Below are positions 37,931 through 52,920 of a stretch of 64,000 nucleotides of DNA, piece by piece. The first letter of the stretch is position 1. Each line of letters begins with the position of its first letter. Origin of the DNA: Lama guanicoe (Eukaryota); the NCBI GenBank assembly GCA_013239625.1, contig MU054049.1, positions 2,111,892-2,175,891 of the forward strand. The letters run 5' to 3'. The notes under the pieces are model-generated. The model had not been told where the DNA came from, searched no databases, and saw nothing but the letters and a program-made list of their open reading frames with translations. The position numbers were made by a program, and so were the translations under genes.

Positions 37931-39111
37931 GTTAATTTAGTGCTGTGCCAACTGTTAATCTTCATACCGTACTAGGCACCTATAATAGGTAGAGAACGAT
38001 TGTCATGAGTCAAGCACGTGAGTGTCCACAAGTTATGGAGACCAGTTGCCACTGTTCTTCCTCCTGGTATTCATGGCTGCTGTGCAAAATAATTAACCCA
38101 TGATTTCAAAATGTCATCAGTTTCACCATGTAAAGTTTATGAATGGGACTCTCCACTCTCTAATTTTGCCTTCATGTGGTGGTAGTATGTCCTTCACAAG
38201 CATTATGGAGTATGCCCTGTTAAGGTAATCTTGAATTGTTCCCATTTTCTTACAACCATATAGAACAGGAAGCCTTATTAATTCTCATACTACTTTAGCA
38301 TAGATTCATACTTTAATTTTCCTATAGTAAATTGGACATGGTGACATATACATTCTTATTATGCTCTGTTTAAAATTTTATTCATTCTTCAAATATGCTG
38401 AGCTTGTGTGTTTTTCAAACCTTTACCATTCTAATTTTCCCGTTATTGAAAAAGCAGAATGAAATTTCAATCATGTTTGTATTCAGTTCAGCAAACATTT
38501 ATTAAATATGTGCCAAGCACTGTGCCTGGTGCTAAGACTAGGAAGATGAATGAAGTGTAATATCTGCTTTCAACTTGCTTACAAATGGGGGAGTAAGAGG
38601 GAAAGATAGACACGTAAGAATAAATGTGAGGATAGTGTGGTAAGTGCCATTATATTATGCAGTCAAAGAGAAAGGGCTCCAAATAATAATGTTAAGGTAT
38701 GAATAAATGTCATTGTGATTGACCAGTAATTGAAATGTTTTATCTGTTTAGTAATTTGTGTCATGCCTTGATCAGGGTGTATTTTTTCATTTTAAAACCT
38801 ATGCTTTAATGGATGGATGCATTTCCACATGTAAAAGATCTTCACTTATGGTACACTTCACTTATGGTGACTTCAGAAAAGCTCAGCTGTGCTGGATTTT
38901 CAGTAATGTTAGGTCATGATATTTATCCCCACTTTTTTTTTCCTCCTAAGAAATACATGTTTGAAATACATTTGCCTTGAATTTGCATTGACAAGATGGA
39001 CTTACTATTTTATCATTAGCAGCATCTGTAGTTTCTATTGCCCGTAGAATATTTTTAGTCATTGGGTGGGCATCAGACACATTTCAATAATAATTATCGT
39101 TCTCTTTGCAG

Positions 39112-39259
39112 TGGTGGTTCTGTGTATAATTTGTATACTGATGAAGATGAGGAAGTTGAGCCTTCTCCTTCTGGGCAACAGATAATTGAAAATTCAATAA
39201 CTATGAATAAGATGAAGCTGCTGAAGGCTAAGATGGAGAACATGCATCTGAGCAAAAAG
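39112..39259 (+). CDS. ZFAND4: ZFAND4 exon 6: GGSVYNLYTDEDEEVEPS...KAKMENMHLSKK
   Basis: ctctttgcag| acceptor, AAG|gtgaag donor, 148 nt. Confidence 0.93.
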
Positions 39260-39589
39260 GTGAAGCTTGGCCAGGTCTTTCTCAGTTTCTCCCTGCAGGG
39301 CTTACAGCCCTGAAGTCTGTTGGTAATTGTGGAAACAAAAAGATTTATAAAATATTATTCATTTCAAGTTTCTGGCGTCAGTTATTTACGGAGATGTTAA
39401 GTGTGATGGATTGATTTTTTAGGCCAGGAATGCATCTAATGTGATAATACTGAACTTAAAATAATTCCTAATTTTTAAAAATTTCATATTTCTAGAGCTA
39501 AGAAGGATAATAAACTATAGCCTAACCTTAATTTTTCAATAGTTCCTTTAAAAACTTCTGTTAATATTTATTTATTATGGGTATCTCCT

Positions 39590-42500
39590 CTGTCAGGGTG
39601 TTTATAAGGAGTGTTCAGCTCTCCTAGGTATTGTCAGTTTTACAAAGTGATTCTGAAGTAATTGAATGAATTCTGTCCAATAGTGAATGAGAGTTGCAGT
39701 TTTCATGCATTCTTACCAGTATTTGGTAATCTTTTAAATTTTTGTTGTTCTGATTGATATGTAGTGGCATCATCATATTATGGTTTTAATTTGTATTTCT
39801 TTGACTAGTAAAGTTGAGCACCTTTCATGTATTTATTGGGTATTTAGATATCTCTTTTTGTAAAATGCCTGTTCAACTTTTGCCTGTTTTTTTTATTGGG
39901 TTGTATATGTATTGCGTATTGATTTTATGAGGTCTTTTTATATTCTGGATATAAGTTCTTCGTAATGTATATATCACTACTCTGTTTACTTTGCTTTTCA
40001 CTCTTAATAGCTCATCTCTTTTTCTTTACCGAAATATAATATGTACACATAGTAAATTCACAAATCTTAAGTGTAAGCTTGATGAATTTTTACACTTATA
40101 TACAGTCATGTACTTAAAACTCAAATTAAAATAGGATTTGTCTTTCTCTCCAGGTTTCCTTGTAACCTTTCCCAGTCAATTCCTGCCTTTCCTTACTCCC
40201 AGAAATAACTGCTATTCTTACATGTCACCATAAATTAGTTTTTACTGTTTTCCAACTTTGTATATAAATAATATCGTATAGAATATACTCTTTTTTGGTC
40301 TGATTTCCTTTGCTCAAAATAATACTTTTGCAGCTCATCCATGTTGTTGCATGTATCAGTTCATGCTCTTTTACCGCTGTGTACTAACCCATTGTACGAC
40401 TATACAGGCATACCTCGGAGATGCAGCAGATTCAGTTCCAGACCACTACAATAAAGTGAGTCACATGAATTTTTTAGTTTCCCAGTGCATATGAAATTTA
40501 TATTTACATTGTACCATAGGCTCTTAAGTGTGCAGTAGCATTCTGACTAAAAAACAATGTACATACCTTAATTAAAAATACTTTTTTGCTAAAAGATACT
40601 AACCATCCTCTGAGCCTTCATTGAGCTATAGCAGTAACATTAAAGATCCCTGATCACAGACCACCATAACAAATATAATAATAATGAAGGAGTCTGAAAT
40701 ATGGTGAGAATTATCAAAATGTGACCCAGAGGCATAAAGTGAGCAAACACTGCTGGGAAAGTGGCATTGATACAGACTTGCTCAACACAGGGTTGCTGCA
40801 AACCTTTAATTTGTTAAAAAAAGAAAAAGAAAAGGCAAAAAGCAGTATCTGAAGCACAGTAAAGACAAACGCAATAAAATGAGGTATGCCTGTACTTCGT
40901 TTCTTCCGTCTCCGTTTAACATTTAGGTTGTTTCTAGATTTTGGCTTTCATTGACAAAGCTGTTTTGAACATTCTTATACATGTTTTTGGTGGAAACGTG
41001 CACTCTTTTCTCTGGGGCACATAGCTAGGAATGGACTCGTAGTGTCATAGAGCAGGTGTATGTGCAGCTTTTGTTGTTTTGCTAAACAGCCTTCCAAAGT
41101 GCCCGAACCAGTTTACACTCCTATCAGCAACAGGAAAGTTCCAGTTTGTGCCACATCCTCACCAACACTTGACATTGTCAGTCTTTTTTATTTTTTCCAT
41201 TCTGGTGGATGTGTAGTGGTTTTAAATGACATTTCTCTAATGAACAATAATGTTAAGCTTTTCATATGCTTATTGGCCATTAAGATATTGACTTTTGTAC
41301 CAACAGTCTTTATATCATGTGAATCACACTGTTTAAATACATCATTTTTTTTTAAGATACTGACTTTCGTTAAGTGATTATTCAAGTCTTGCTCATTTTA
41401 AAACTTGGGTTGTCTGCCTTTTACTTACTGATTTGAAGACATTTTTATATACTATGGATACAAGTTCTTTTACAGGTATATGATTTATAGATATTCTGAC
41501 ACTTGCAACTTGCTCTTTCACTTTCTTATTCTTTCAATGAATAAATATTCTTTATTGTAACATATTCTAATGTATCGGTTTTCCTTTTATGATTACTACT
41601 TTTTATTAACTTTTTATAAAGTCTTTTCCTACCACAGGGTTTTGAAGACATGCTCCTGCATTTTTTTTTCCTCCAAAAGCTCTATGATTTTTACTTTCTC
41701 ATTTAGATTTATAATCCATCTGGGAAAAAAATCCCACAACTTTTAAAAAAAAATGTATAACGTGAATTAGAGTGAAGACAGTTTTCTTCCAGAAGATGTG
41801 CAGTTGGCCTAGCTCTATTAAAAAGAAAAAAATTCTTTCCCCACAATCCTAAATGTTTATGTACCTAATAACAGCTTCAAAATACATGAAGCAAATGTTA
41901 CAAAGAGAAATGGACAAATCCATAGTCACATTAGCTTTCTATACTTGCGTTGTCAAAAATTGACAGGAAAGATGAACAGAAAATTAGAAAGGATATAAGA
42001 AGACTTGATCAGCTATCAACCTATTTGTCTGTATTCACATTTAAAGAATGCTCCACCTAACAACAGCAAAATACACATTCTTTTTAAGTGCATACAGAAC
42101 ATTTACTAAAGTAAACTGATACAACATTGTAAAATGATTATAAATCAATAAAAATGTTAAAATAAATAAATAGAATAGAATAAAATAAAATAAAATAAAA
42201 TAAACTATATTATGTGATATGAAACAAGTCCCAATAAATTTTAAAAGATTCAAATCATACAAAAAAGTTTCTCTTAATACAATAGATAAAATTAGGAGTC
42301 AATAACAGAAAGATACCTGGAAATTCTAATATTTTGGAAATAACAAACTTCTAAGTAACTGACAGATCAAATAAAAAATCCAAAGGGAAATTTAAAATTA
42401 CACTGAATAAAAATATTCTGATAATGTGATGAATTTGTTTTTTTAATCTGAAATCATTCTTAGAATGAACCACTCTTGGTTGTGATGAATTTTCCTTTTT

Positions 42501-44700
42501 ATATCTTTAGATTAAATTTGCATTTAGGATTTTTGTTCATCAGAGAAATTGGTCTGTAATTTTTCTTTCCATTCCAACATACAGCAAAATTGGAAGAATT
42601 TTACAGTGAACTCCCATTTGTCTGCCAGCTAGATTCTATAATATTAAATATATTTTTTAAAAATTTAACTATAGTAATGTAAACATACCATAAAATTTAC
42701 CATCTTAGTAATTTTAAGTGTATGTACAGTTCAGTAATGTTAAGTACATTCACACTGTTGAGCAACAAATCTCTTCATCTTGCAAACTGAAACTCCGTAT
42801 GTCCCTGCCCCCCTAGCCCCTGACAACCACAGCTCTACTCTCTGTGATTTATGAATTTGACTTTCCTGATAACCTCAAATAAGTGGAATCTACAGTATTT
42901 GGGTTTTTGTGACTTATTTTACTTAGAAAATTTCTATACTTTTGTACGTCACAATTTCCATACTTTTTAAGTTTGAGCAAATATGTATATATAATGTTTT
43001 ACTTACCCACACATCTGTCAGTGGAGACCTGTGTTGCTTCCGCATTTGGCTATTGTGAATAATTCTGCTAGGAGCTTGGGTGGGCAAATATCTCTTCGAG
43101 ACTCCACTTTAAATTCTTTTGAAAATGTACCCAGGATTTCAAGATCATATAGTAATTCTATTTTTAACTCTTTTGAAGAACTGCCATACTATTTTCCATA
43201 GCTGTTGCACCATCTTACAATCCCATGAATGGTGCATAAAGGTTTTAATTTCTCCATATCCTCACCAACACTTGTTATTTTTTTTTAAATAGTAGTCATC
43301 CTAATGGGCATGAGGTGATAACTCATTGTAATTTTGATTTGCATTTTTCTAATAATTAGTGATGTTGAGCATTCTTTCATGTTCTAGTTGGCCATTTGTA
43401 TATCTTTTTTTTGAGAAATGTCTGTTCAAGTGTTTTGCCCATTTTGAATCCTTTGATAGTATCCTTTGCTACAGAGAAGTTTTAAATTTTGATGTAGTGC
43501 AGTTTATTTATTTTCACTTTTGTTGCCCATGCTTTTGGTGTCATAGCCAAGAAACCATTGCCAAATCCAGTTTCATAAAGCTTTTCCTCCTATGTTTTCT
43601 TCTGAAGATTTTATCATTTTAGATCTACACATTTTAAGTTAATTTTTGCATATGATATAAGGTAAGGGTCCACCTTTATTCTCTTGTAAGTAAAATCTAG
43701 TTTTTCCAACTCCATTTGTTAAAGAAACTGTTCTTTCCCCATTGAGTGGTCTTGGCACCGTGTTGAAAGTCATTTAACCGTATCTATGAGGGTTTATTTC
43801 TGGGCTCTCTATTCTATTCTATTGGTGAATATGTCTGTCTTTATGCTAGTACCACACTATTTTGATTACTGTAACTTTGTGAGAACTTTTGAAATCAGGA
43901 AGTGTGAGACCTGCAACTTTGTTCTTCTTTGCCAAGATTGTTTGGCTATTTGGAGAAAGAGAAAGAAAAATGCCATATGATATCACTTATATGTGGAATC
44001 TTAAAAAATGACACAAACTTATTACAAAACAGAAACAGACTCATAGATATAGAGAACAAACTTATGGTTACCAGGGGGGAAAGGGTGTGGGAAGGATAAA
44101 TTGGGAATTTGAGATTTGCAGATACTAACTACTATGTATAAAATAGATAAACAACAAGTTTCTACTGTATAGCACAGGGAGCTGTATTCGATATCTTGTA
44201 GTAACCCATGAAGAAAAAGAATATGAAAAGGTATGTATGTCTATGTATGACTGAAACATGCTGTACAATAGAAATTGATAAACATTGTAAACTGACTATA
44301 CTTCAATTAAAAAAAATTGGAAAAAGATTATTTTGGCTTTTTGGGGGTCCTTTGAGATCCCTCATGTATTTCAGGATGGATTATTCTATTTCTGCAAAAA
44401 TATGCCACTGCGTTTTTGATAGGAATTACATTAAATCTTTATATCTCTTTGACTCATGGCTTATTTAGAAGTGGACCCCTTAGTTTCCGTACATGTGAAT
44501 ACTGAATACCTTTTTATTATTAATTTGTAATTTAATTTCATTGTGGTCAGAGAACATACTCTAAATGATTTCAGGTCTTCAGAATTAGTAGAGGATTGAT
44601 TTGTGGCTAAGCATATTGGTAAATGCCACTTATACACTTGGAAGAACTGTGTAGTCTATCGCTATATATAGTGTTCTGTATATATCAATTAGATAAATTT
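39590..44700. mobile_element. Cluster of LINE-1 fragments (old minus-strand L1M 3' regions; plus-strand fragments ~41840-42420 and ~43955-44320)
   Basis: Repeated L1 3' UTR/ORF2 motifs; young-type 3' end at 43955-44320 between degenerate aagatt..tttggct.tttgg repeats. Confidence 0.7.
40405..40892 (-). mobile_element. Tigger1 internal-deletion derivative (~490 bp) inserted in old L1
   Basis: Perfect TIRs caggcatacctc / gaggtatgcctg with TA target duplications. Confidence 0.88.
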
Positions 44701-47168
44701 GTTAATTTTGTTGTTCTAGTGTTCTGTATCCTTTCCGTTTTTTTTTGTCTGTTTTCTATCAGTTATTGAGAGGGGGTTATTAAAAATTTCCCTTTTAGAT
44801 TGTGGATTTGTGTGTTTCTCCTTTTTAAGATGTTTATTTTTGCTTTACATACTTTGAAACTCTGTCATTTGACCTAGTACAGATTTGTACCATATTCAAG
44901 GAATTGAGATATCTTCCTTGTAGTTTTCATTATTATAGAAAGTATTATTTATTATTTTTATTATTATGAAATATTATATGAAATTATATGAAATTATCTC
45001 GTGTAATGCATATGTCTTAAAAGCTTTGTCATTAATATAGCTAAGCTAGCTTTCTTTTAGTTTATCTTTCTACTGTATGTCCTTTCCAGTCTATTACTTT
45101 CAGTCTATCTTCCTATAGTTAAGGTTTATCCTTGTAATTAGTACATGGTTGGCATTATTAGTATTTTTTAATCTAAACTGACAAGCTTCAGTCTTTTATT
45201 CTAGTACAGTTAGTAAAATTACTGATATATGTGGATTTTTATCATCTTACTGTTTGTTTTCTATTTAACCTCCTGTTTTACGTTTTTTTCTCTCCTTTTT
45301 GTTATTTAATTTTTGTCCTCTATTACTTTATTAGTTATGCATTATTATACTAGTTTTTCTCAGATGGTTACTCTAGATATTACATGTGCGTTCTTGACTA
45401 CTTATAGTCTGATAAAAATGATTCTTACCACTTTCCTGTTAATGCCAGAATCTTAGAACACTTAACTCCGTTTATACAGCCAGACACCTTTTGTGTCTTT
45501 GTCATGCATTTTAACTTTACATACATTTTGAACCCCATAAGTTGTTTTATATTGCCAATATTATTATTTATATTTACCTACATATTTTCCTTTCCTGTTG
45601 TTCTTTGTTTTTTCCTCCAATTATGTGATTCCTTTAAGGATTATTTTCTTTCTGTCTAAATCATATTTTTTAGTGTTTTTTTTTCATTTGGGGTTCTTGA
45701 CAATTAAGCCTCTTAGCATTTGTCTAAAAACTTATCTATTTTACCTTTTTGTTTTGGAAAATGTCCAGGCCTTAAGAAATGTTATGTCATACCCATGAAC
45801 ACCCATGTACACTTTACCTAGATCCACCAATTAAAATTTTTCCACATTTATTTTCTCTTCCTATTTTTTTTTAACGTGATTCCTCTGGGAGTTAGTTGCA
45901 AATATCATGACATTTCTCCCTAAATATTTAATTCAGTACATATTTCATAAGAACAAGAACATTCTCCTACATAACCACAATACAGTTAGCACACACATTA
46001 TTTATCATTGATACACATTATGTCATCTGTATTCATAGTTCTCCATGTCTCTATAATGTACTTGATAGCATTTTGTTTTGATTTTTGTTCTTTTTTCATC
46101 TGAGAGCCAATCAAGAATCATGTGTTGTATTTAGTTATCAAATTTTCTTGGTGTCCTTTTATACAGAACTGTTCCTTAGCCTTTTTTTGGATATTAATGT
46201 CAGGTATTTTTGAAGTGTAAGCCAGTTTGTGGAATATCCTCAATTTGAAGTTGTATTGTTTTATCATGATTAGATGCAGGTTAAATGTTTTGGGCAGGAA
46301 TATCCCATAAATGATGTATTTTTTTCATTACAACACAAGAGGGAGCACAGAATGTCAGTTTATAGTATTTTTACTAATTTTTAAAAGAAAGTTAACATTT
46401 TTGTTATTTCCCTTTTTATCCAAGAGTTGTTTCATAGAATTTGAAAAATTCCTGGCAAGAGAGGTTTTTAAATTTTGCATTGTTTTCAGTCTGTTTTTAT
46501 TGCATAGAAATCAGAGAATGTTATTTCTATAACTGCTTAATAGAGTTTGATTATTTGTGATCTAATATCACTCTTCATGACTATTCCATGTATACTTCAG
46601 AAAATGGTTTATTCTCGGTTATCAGGATAAAAGTTTGATAACTATCTGTAAGATTGACCTTATTAATTGGTGCTCTATTTCATTTTTTTTTGTCAGCTTG
46701 ATTTCTGTTAGAATGATAGTAGTGATATGTGAAAGTCTGTTATTAGTGGGTTTCTGTGTATTTCTCTTTCCATCTTTCATAGTTTTTGCTTTAGGAAGAT
46801 GGTTGTGTGATTTGGTGTATTAATATTAATAACTGTTACATTTTCACTGTACTGCTATTTTTAGATATTGTAAGTGTTTCATCTCTGACTTTCAACTTGA
46901 ATTTTCATTGCCTGATATCAGGGCCATAACCTTGGATATCCTACTGTTTTAATTTGTTTTGTGTGCTCTTTCCCATGTCTTTATTTACTTTTGATTTAAT
47001 GTTTTTGGGTATGTATTTTATATACAGTATAGAGTTGTTTTTGTTTTGTGAACCAATTTGAAATTTAAGAAAATAGGCAGCTTAATCACATTTACATTTA
47101 TTGGCATGACTGTTATATTTGGTCTCTAATTTCTTATTATTTTGTTATATTTACAGTTTCTTTATGGT

Positions 47169-47173
<5 letters not shown>

Positions 47174-47204
<31 letters not shown>
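47174..47204. repeat. (TG)15 microsatellite
   Basis: Direct reading. Confidence 0.95.
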
Positions 47205-47208
<4 letters not shown>

Positions 47209-49469
47209 ATATGAGTGTGTGAGTGTGTATCTTTTGGTACTTCAGAAGGCTTTAACTTTTTGTTCTATTGTTTAACTTTATATTAATATCTTTTCTCATG
47301 TCCTTATCTGCCTTTTCCTTACTTAACCTACTCTTTTATTTTTTATTTTTAAAAGATACCTTTTGACTCCTACTTATTAACTAAGTTATACTCAGTGAAC
47401 TTATTTTACTTTCTCTTTTCTTTCTCCTTCCATTTTAAATATTTGCATCAATTCTGCTTTTTTTAGAAAATATAACATTTATAAATCATTTTTCTACTCT
47501 TGTCCCCACTCTTATTTTAGTTTTAGATCTTTAATTAAATATATCCCATGCTTACTATCAGTCTTTTTTTTAACTGAAGTTTACCCATGCTTTTTGGTTA
47601 TAAGAAGCTCAGCTCTAATAAATTTCTCAGGAAAGACTTGTAAGTACAGTAATTCCTGAGTTCTTGGATGTTTAAAACTTTTTCTTTAGCCTTGACACTT
47701 AAAGGACAGTTTGGCTGGACATAAAATGTTTGGTTCACACTTTTTCCCTTGAATTTCTTTAAAATGTTGCTCTGCTGCTCTGTATATTGCCATTGTGAAA
47801 TCTAATTGCCACACTGACTTTCTGTTCTTTATGAATGACTGAATCTCTTTGTCTGGAGAAAATAGGAGGGTTTTTTTTTTTTTCCTTTTAAGTCTAATGG
47901 TTTTATATTAGCATATGTCTTGGAATAACTATTCTGGATCAGTTTTCATTATACAACTGCAAACTCAAACTTTCTTTTATTTCAGGATGATTTCTTATAG
48001 TTTATTTTTATTTTTTAAAATGTTCCTTCTATATGTTTCTTTTTTTAAAGAGACTTCCTTTCTACATTTGTTGGATCTTCTTTTTCTTCTATACAACCAC
48101 TTTCTCTCTTTTGGATGTGATACTACTTTTCAGAAAATATCTGCAAATACTAACTTAAGGTTGGAGTGTTGTGATACAAGATTGTTTTGCTTCATTGTTC
48201 TTGGGTGGGGGATTTTCATCAGGTGAAATGTTCTGATTCTCATTTTATGTTTTTAGTAGCTTTGTATGAATTTGGTCTGCCTTTTTCTGTTTGTTTTCTG
48301 ATTTTTTTGGTAATTTTTATTTACTTGAATAAATATTAACAGTTAAGTGTAAAAAGTCAAGATTATGTGTTGCAAAGTAAGTTTCTTATTTCAAGAGCAT
48401 CTTTTTCTCTCAGTATAGTGAAATGCAGTTTTTTTTTAATCAATGGCACTCTTTTATTGGAGGGTGGGATTTGTGTGTTTTCTGATTTTTGTGATTCTCT
48501 TTTGTGTCCTTAGAATTCTTACTTTCGTTTTCTTGCTGCCCTCTTTACTTTCACTATCAAGTTCTCAATAGGATGCCTTTTCCTTCCAGCTTACCCCTTC
48601 TTCCCACAGAAGTGGTGCCTTTTTTTGAAGCTACCCCCTCACATCCTGAACAGTTTCAAGCCACTTGTTTTTGATTTCCTAGTAGCCTGCGTTTTAATAT
48701 CCTAGATCTTAAACTTGTTGTCAGTATTTCATAACCGTGTGTGTTTTCTCTTTTGTGAATTTTGTCTTTGTTCTGTCAGTCCTAGGTTATCCACACTTCT
48801 CTTTTCCTCCCTTCCTTCATCTCTCCCTCCCTACCATCTTTTCTTCCTTCTTTCCCTCCCTCCCTTCCTTCTTTTCTCTGTTGCTGCACACACTTGCCTG
48901 TTTCTTACCACAGTCATAGGCTTTGCAGATGAATCTCCTGGATTTGGATATTTTCTTACTTACGGGTAATTCTAAGTTAATTTTATCTGTCTCCTAGTTT
49001 TAATGAAGACATGGGTTATGGGTGATTATATTTGCTTATGTTACCTATTATGGTTTTTCGGAAGATGCATGAAGAAATTTAAATTTAGGCAATCACCATT
49101 ACTCACTACAACCATAAAGACATTACCTTCACTTTTGAAGAATATTTTTTGCTGAGTATAGAAATTGCAGATTGGCAAGACAATGGCCTGAGGGTAAAAG
49201 CAGCTACAGGAGCTGGCATATCTTTCCATATTTCTTCTTTCTTTGGATTTTTTTAGCTACCCTCTACTTCTTGCCTCAATTGCTATCTGAATTATCCAGC
49301 TTTTCTCATCCTTCTAGGTTGGGAGTGTCCAGTATGTCATCAGGTGTTTCATCCCATTGTGGGTCTCATATCGTTCATAGCTTAAAGATAAGAGCTAGGG
49401 CTTTATAGCTTTAATTTTCAGCTTTATCCATAACGACATGAATTGTTGTCATACTTTTATTAAAACCTA

Positions 49470-50003
49470 CTATATTGAGGACCCCTAGACCACTCCCAGC
49501 CTTGATGATTTGGTAGAAAGACTCACAGGACTAGCATATCACTGTATTCATGGGTAGGATTTATTATAGAAAAAGGGTACAAAGTAAAATCAGTGAAGTA
49601 AGCAGGTGCATAGGCTGAAGTCCAGAGGAACCCAGTACAAGCTTCTCAGAATACTTTCCCAGTGAAGTCTCACAGGATGTGCTTAATTCCTCTGTCAGTG
49701 AGTTGGGTCAGCATATGTGCAATGTTGCCTACCAGTGAAGTTCATTAGAGACTCTGCACCCAGGTGTTTTATTAGGAGCTCTTTGTGTAGGCACTCTCTA
49801 CCAAGCACGTACCAAGATTCTAGACTCCCAGAAGGAAAGTCGGAGTTCAACATAAACCATATTGTTTGCGGAAACAGATGAGGCACAATGAGCCACTCGT
49901 ATCAGTTAGGGTGGCTGGAACCTTCTTGAAATACAAGTTCCTCAAAGCCAGCCAAAGGCTTTTTTAAGGATAGCAGTTTAGGTCTGTTAACTCCTTTCTG
50001 CAA
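49470..50003 (-). mobile_element. ERVL-type solo LTR (MER21/MER77-like)
   Basis: gactcacaggact...acaggatgtgcttaattcctc...caagattctagactcccagaaggaaag...ttcaacataaaccatattgtttg. Confidence 0.65.
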
Positions 50004-50393
50004 TAGCTACCTAGCCAAACACTTTACTCATCTTACTAGGAAAAGCTGTTAAGGATCTAAGTCATCAATGTCATGTCTAATATATATATCTAATATATAT
50101 CTAGCTCAGCAATGCCATATCTAATATAATTGATTTTTTCTCAGCAAAACTGACAAATAATAGTGATGAAAATAAATGAAACAAAATTATTTTTCTTTAG
50201 CATACTCAGAAAATTATACTCAGTGAAGCAGGATAGCAAAATTCTCAGTCATAAGCTTAAGATTTTAATCTTTTTAAACATTTTAAATTGAGATATGTTA
50301 CAGTAAATAACCTTTTCTTCCTGCATTAATTTTTGTTAATGGGCAGAGGAAGTGACTGTGTAAAGGAATTATATATTCACTCTTTTCTTTTAG

Positions 50394-51572
50394 CCTAAGA
50401 AAGCTGTCAAGGTGAAACCTTGTCCACCTGTAGCTCCCCGACCTTCGAGTGGTTCCACGGCAGCTGCTCGCCGCAGATTGTTAAGGGCTCTCCCCCACAT
50501 TGGGCAGTCTTGTTTACCTTCTCCTGGGAACACGTGTCTACCTGCCTCCATCAGCAATGCAATTTCAAGTTTGGCAACTCTGCCCCCTGCTGATAGGCCC
50601 ATGTCGTCTATCGCTAGTGATTTTCTAAAGGAAGATGATACCTGGGAGAGTAACGCACTGTCTCATTCCAATGGTAGCTTCAAACTATCACCACCTCAGA
50701 TACCCCTTATGGAGTTCAAAAATGACAAAGAGCTTGCTGATTCTGTTCTCCATCTTGGCTCATCCCTACCTAGACGGACAAAACACTTTGCAGGAAATTT
50801 GTCATCTAATAATGAGGATGACCCTGCTTTATTTCCCCCTTCAGAAGAGCATGTAACTGAAGAATCGCTTCTACCTGAAGTGGATTCATTTGCTTCGTTT
50901 ACAGAAGGAAACACTGACAAGCAGAGCAGTGGCTTAGAAGGCACGCGGAAGGGAAATCCAGAGTTCTTACTCACTAATGGGGATAAAGGGCTGAAAGCTA
51001 CAGAGAAGCATCTTAAACATGTTGCAAGAGTGTTGAGTGGTGAACTGGTGGAGACCACAGTTCTGAACCACCGTGAATTAAGTCCTCACAAGAATAGACT
51101 TTTATCACCTCTTCGCTGTTCTGCACCGACGTCACTCCATAATTCTCTGGTGAAACCACAGAGACAGTCCAAATGTTTTGACTCTGGGAACCTCCAGTCT
51201 TCTGCTTCACAAAATGCACTTCGGTCATTGGATGTTCGAAATATAAGTGATTCTTCTTTCTCTAGGACTACTCGCTTTCGAGCTGTTAAAGTTGATTCAC
51301 CTGGGAAAAGAGCTGATACTATTTCTAAAGTTGAGGCTCGGGATATCACAGAAATGGCCAACAAGGCTTCCAAAGAGCCTGTTGGTTGTGTAAATAATAT
51401 AGGTCTTCTTGCTTCGTTGGCCCGGAGCGCAAGCAGAGACGGCTTACAGAGCACCCGTGGGGCAGGCAGGCTTCGGACCTCTGGAGCTGGGCTGTCTACA
51501 AACCTCCAACATTTTCAGGGGGAAAGCCTTAGGAAGAGTTCTCCCCAGTTAGAACCTACAGAATTTTTTCTA
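50394..51572 (+). CDS. ZFAND4: ZFAND4 exon 7, large Ser-rich linker exon (393 codons): PKKAVKVKPCPPVAPRPSSG...SSPQLEPTEFFL
   Basis: tcttttcttttag| acceptor, |gtaagt donor; coincides with ORF 50412..51629; 1179 nt, phase 0-0. Confidence 0.95.
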
Positions 51573-52101
51573 GTAAGTATTTGCCTTTCAATATATTCTA
51601 CTAGTTATCCTTGTAGTGATTCAACATAAAGTTGATTTTTTGTTTGGATAATCCATAAGGAGGCCTAAAGTTGAATTCTTTTCATAACTTTCTCTTAAAA
51701 TGTTTATCTAGTTTGTAGAAAATTTTTTGACAGTTGAATTTTAAGTAATTTTTTAGTCCTAAATTGGGAAATTTAATTTGATAATAATTAGTGTAAGTAG
51801 TGTATCATATTTTTTCCTTTTTTCTTTTTTCTCTTTATCATTTAAATGCTAAATATTTTTATTAGTATTTTTTCCAAATAAGAACTTTTATTTGAGCCAT
51901 CAAATTTTACTCTCTTAAAGTATAATGTTGATGGATGTGAGAATCAGGTTCCAAGTAAATTTAATTAAAGATAGATTAAATAATTTTAAATGAAAGCCCA
52001 ACATCATTTTTGTAGTAAAATACAAGTATTTCATGTTTGGTGATCTTTTCTTCTGTTCGCCATTAACTCACCTCTCTAGCTGTTCTGTGTTTTAATTGTA
52101 G

Positions 52102-52156
52102 TCTGCCCGTGGTACTGGAATGAATGGAAATAATACAGCAGCAGGGAAAAGAGTAG
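52102..52156 (+). CDS. ZFAND4: ZFAND4 exon 8: SARGTGMNGNNTAAGKRV(G)
   Basis: ttgtag| acceptor, G|gtaagc donor, 55 nt. Confidence 0.9.
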
Positions 52157-52920
52157 GTAAGCTACAGATAATTTTGAAAACCATGTAAGACAAATAATTA
52201 TAGCATTATTCATACTGTGGAATTTTCAAAGAGAAATAAGAATGTTCTCTGGCATGTACAGGGAAAACTCTTCCTAAACTTTGTTCCACTTAAGAAAATG
52301 GTTATAAGAACTGACAGTAAGACCTATTTGAATAATAAAACAAAAATTGAAATTGAGGTCTTTGTTGCTTGAGAAGAGATACGGTCTATGTGAAAAGACA
52401 AGATACATGGCAAATTAACATGTAGATCACAACCCTCCCTGGCTACTCTAGAGCCACACTGGGTGCTGGATGGGTTTTGAGGAAGTACCCTAGAAAAGTG
52501 TTTCTTAACATCATGGTCCAGTATCAAGGACGGTACTTAGAGTTCTGTTTGTTAAACTGATTATTTCTGGATAAAAGAAAGGGACAGTCAGTCTCTTTAA
52601 CTAGCCCTTTCCAAGGCATAGTAGCAGAAGTGACTGTATTGTTAGCATTCCCTTCTACCAGTAACACCTTAAAGATGCACTGGCCAGCCATTATTCCAAA
52701 GAAGCCATTACTGTCATCATCTTTTGTGTTTTAATGCCCAAACTAGACATGGAAGCTCTTACTGAAGATGTACCACCTTTCTGGCCCCAAGGTTCTAAAG
52801 GGTACTTTATATATTATGGTTATCATGCGAGTTCTATGTCTTCAAAGAGGTACCTAGGTTTGGTTTCCACTACTATGTAAGGTCCAAGGTCCTAAAATCT
52901 TAATATATCTACCGTTTTCA

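Noticed and set aside
50390..51454. Antisense and alternate-frame ORFs (70-122 aa) over exon 7
   Set aside because: Shadow ORFs of a long coding exon; no splice or start support
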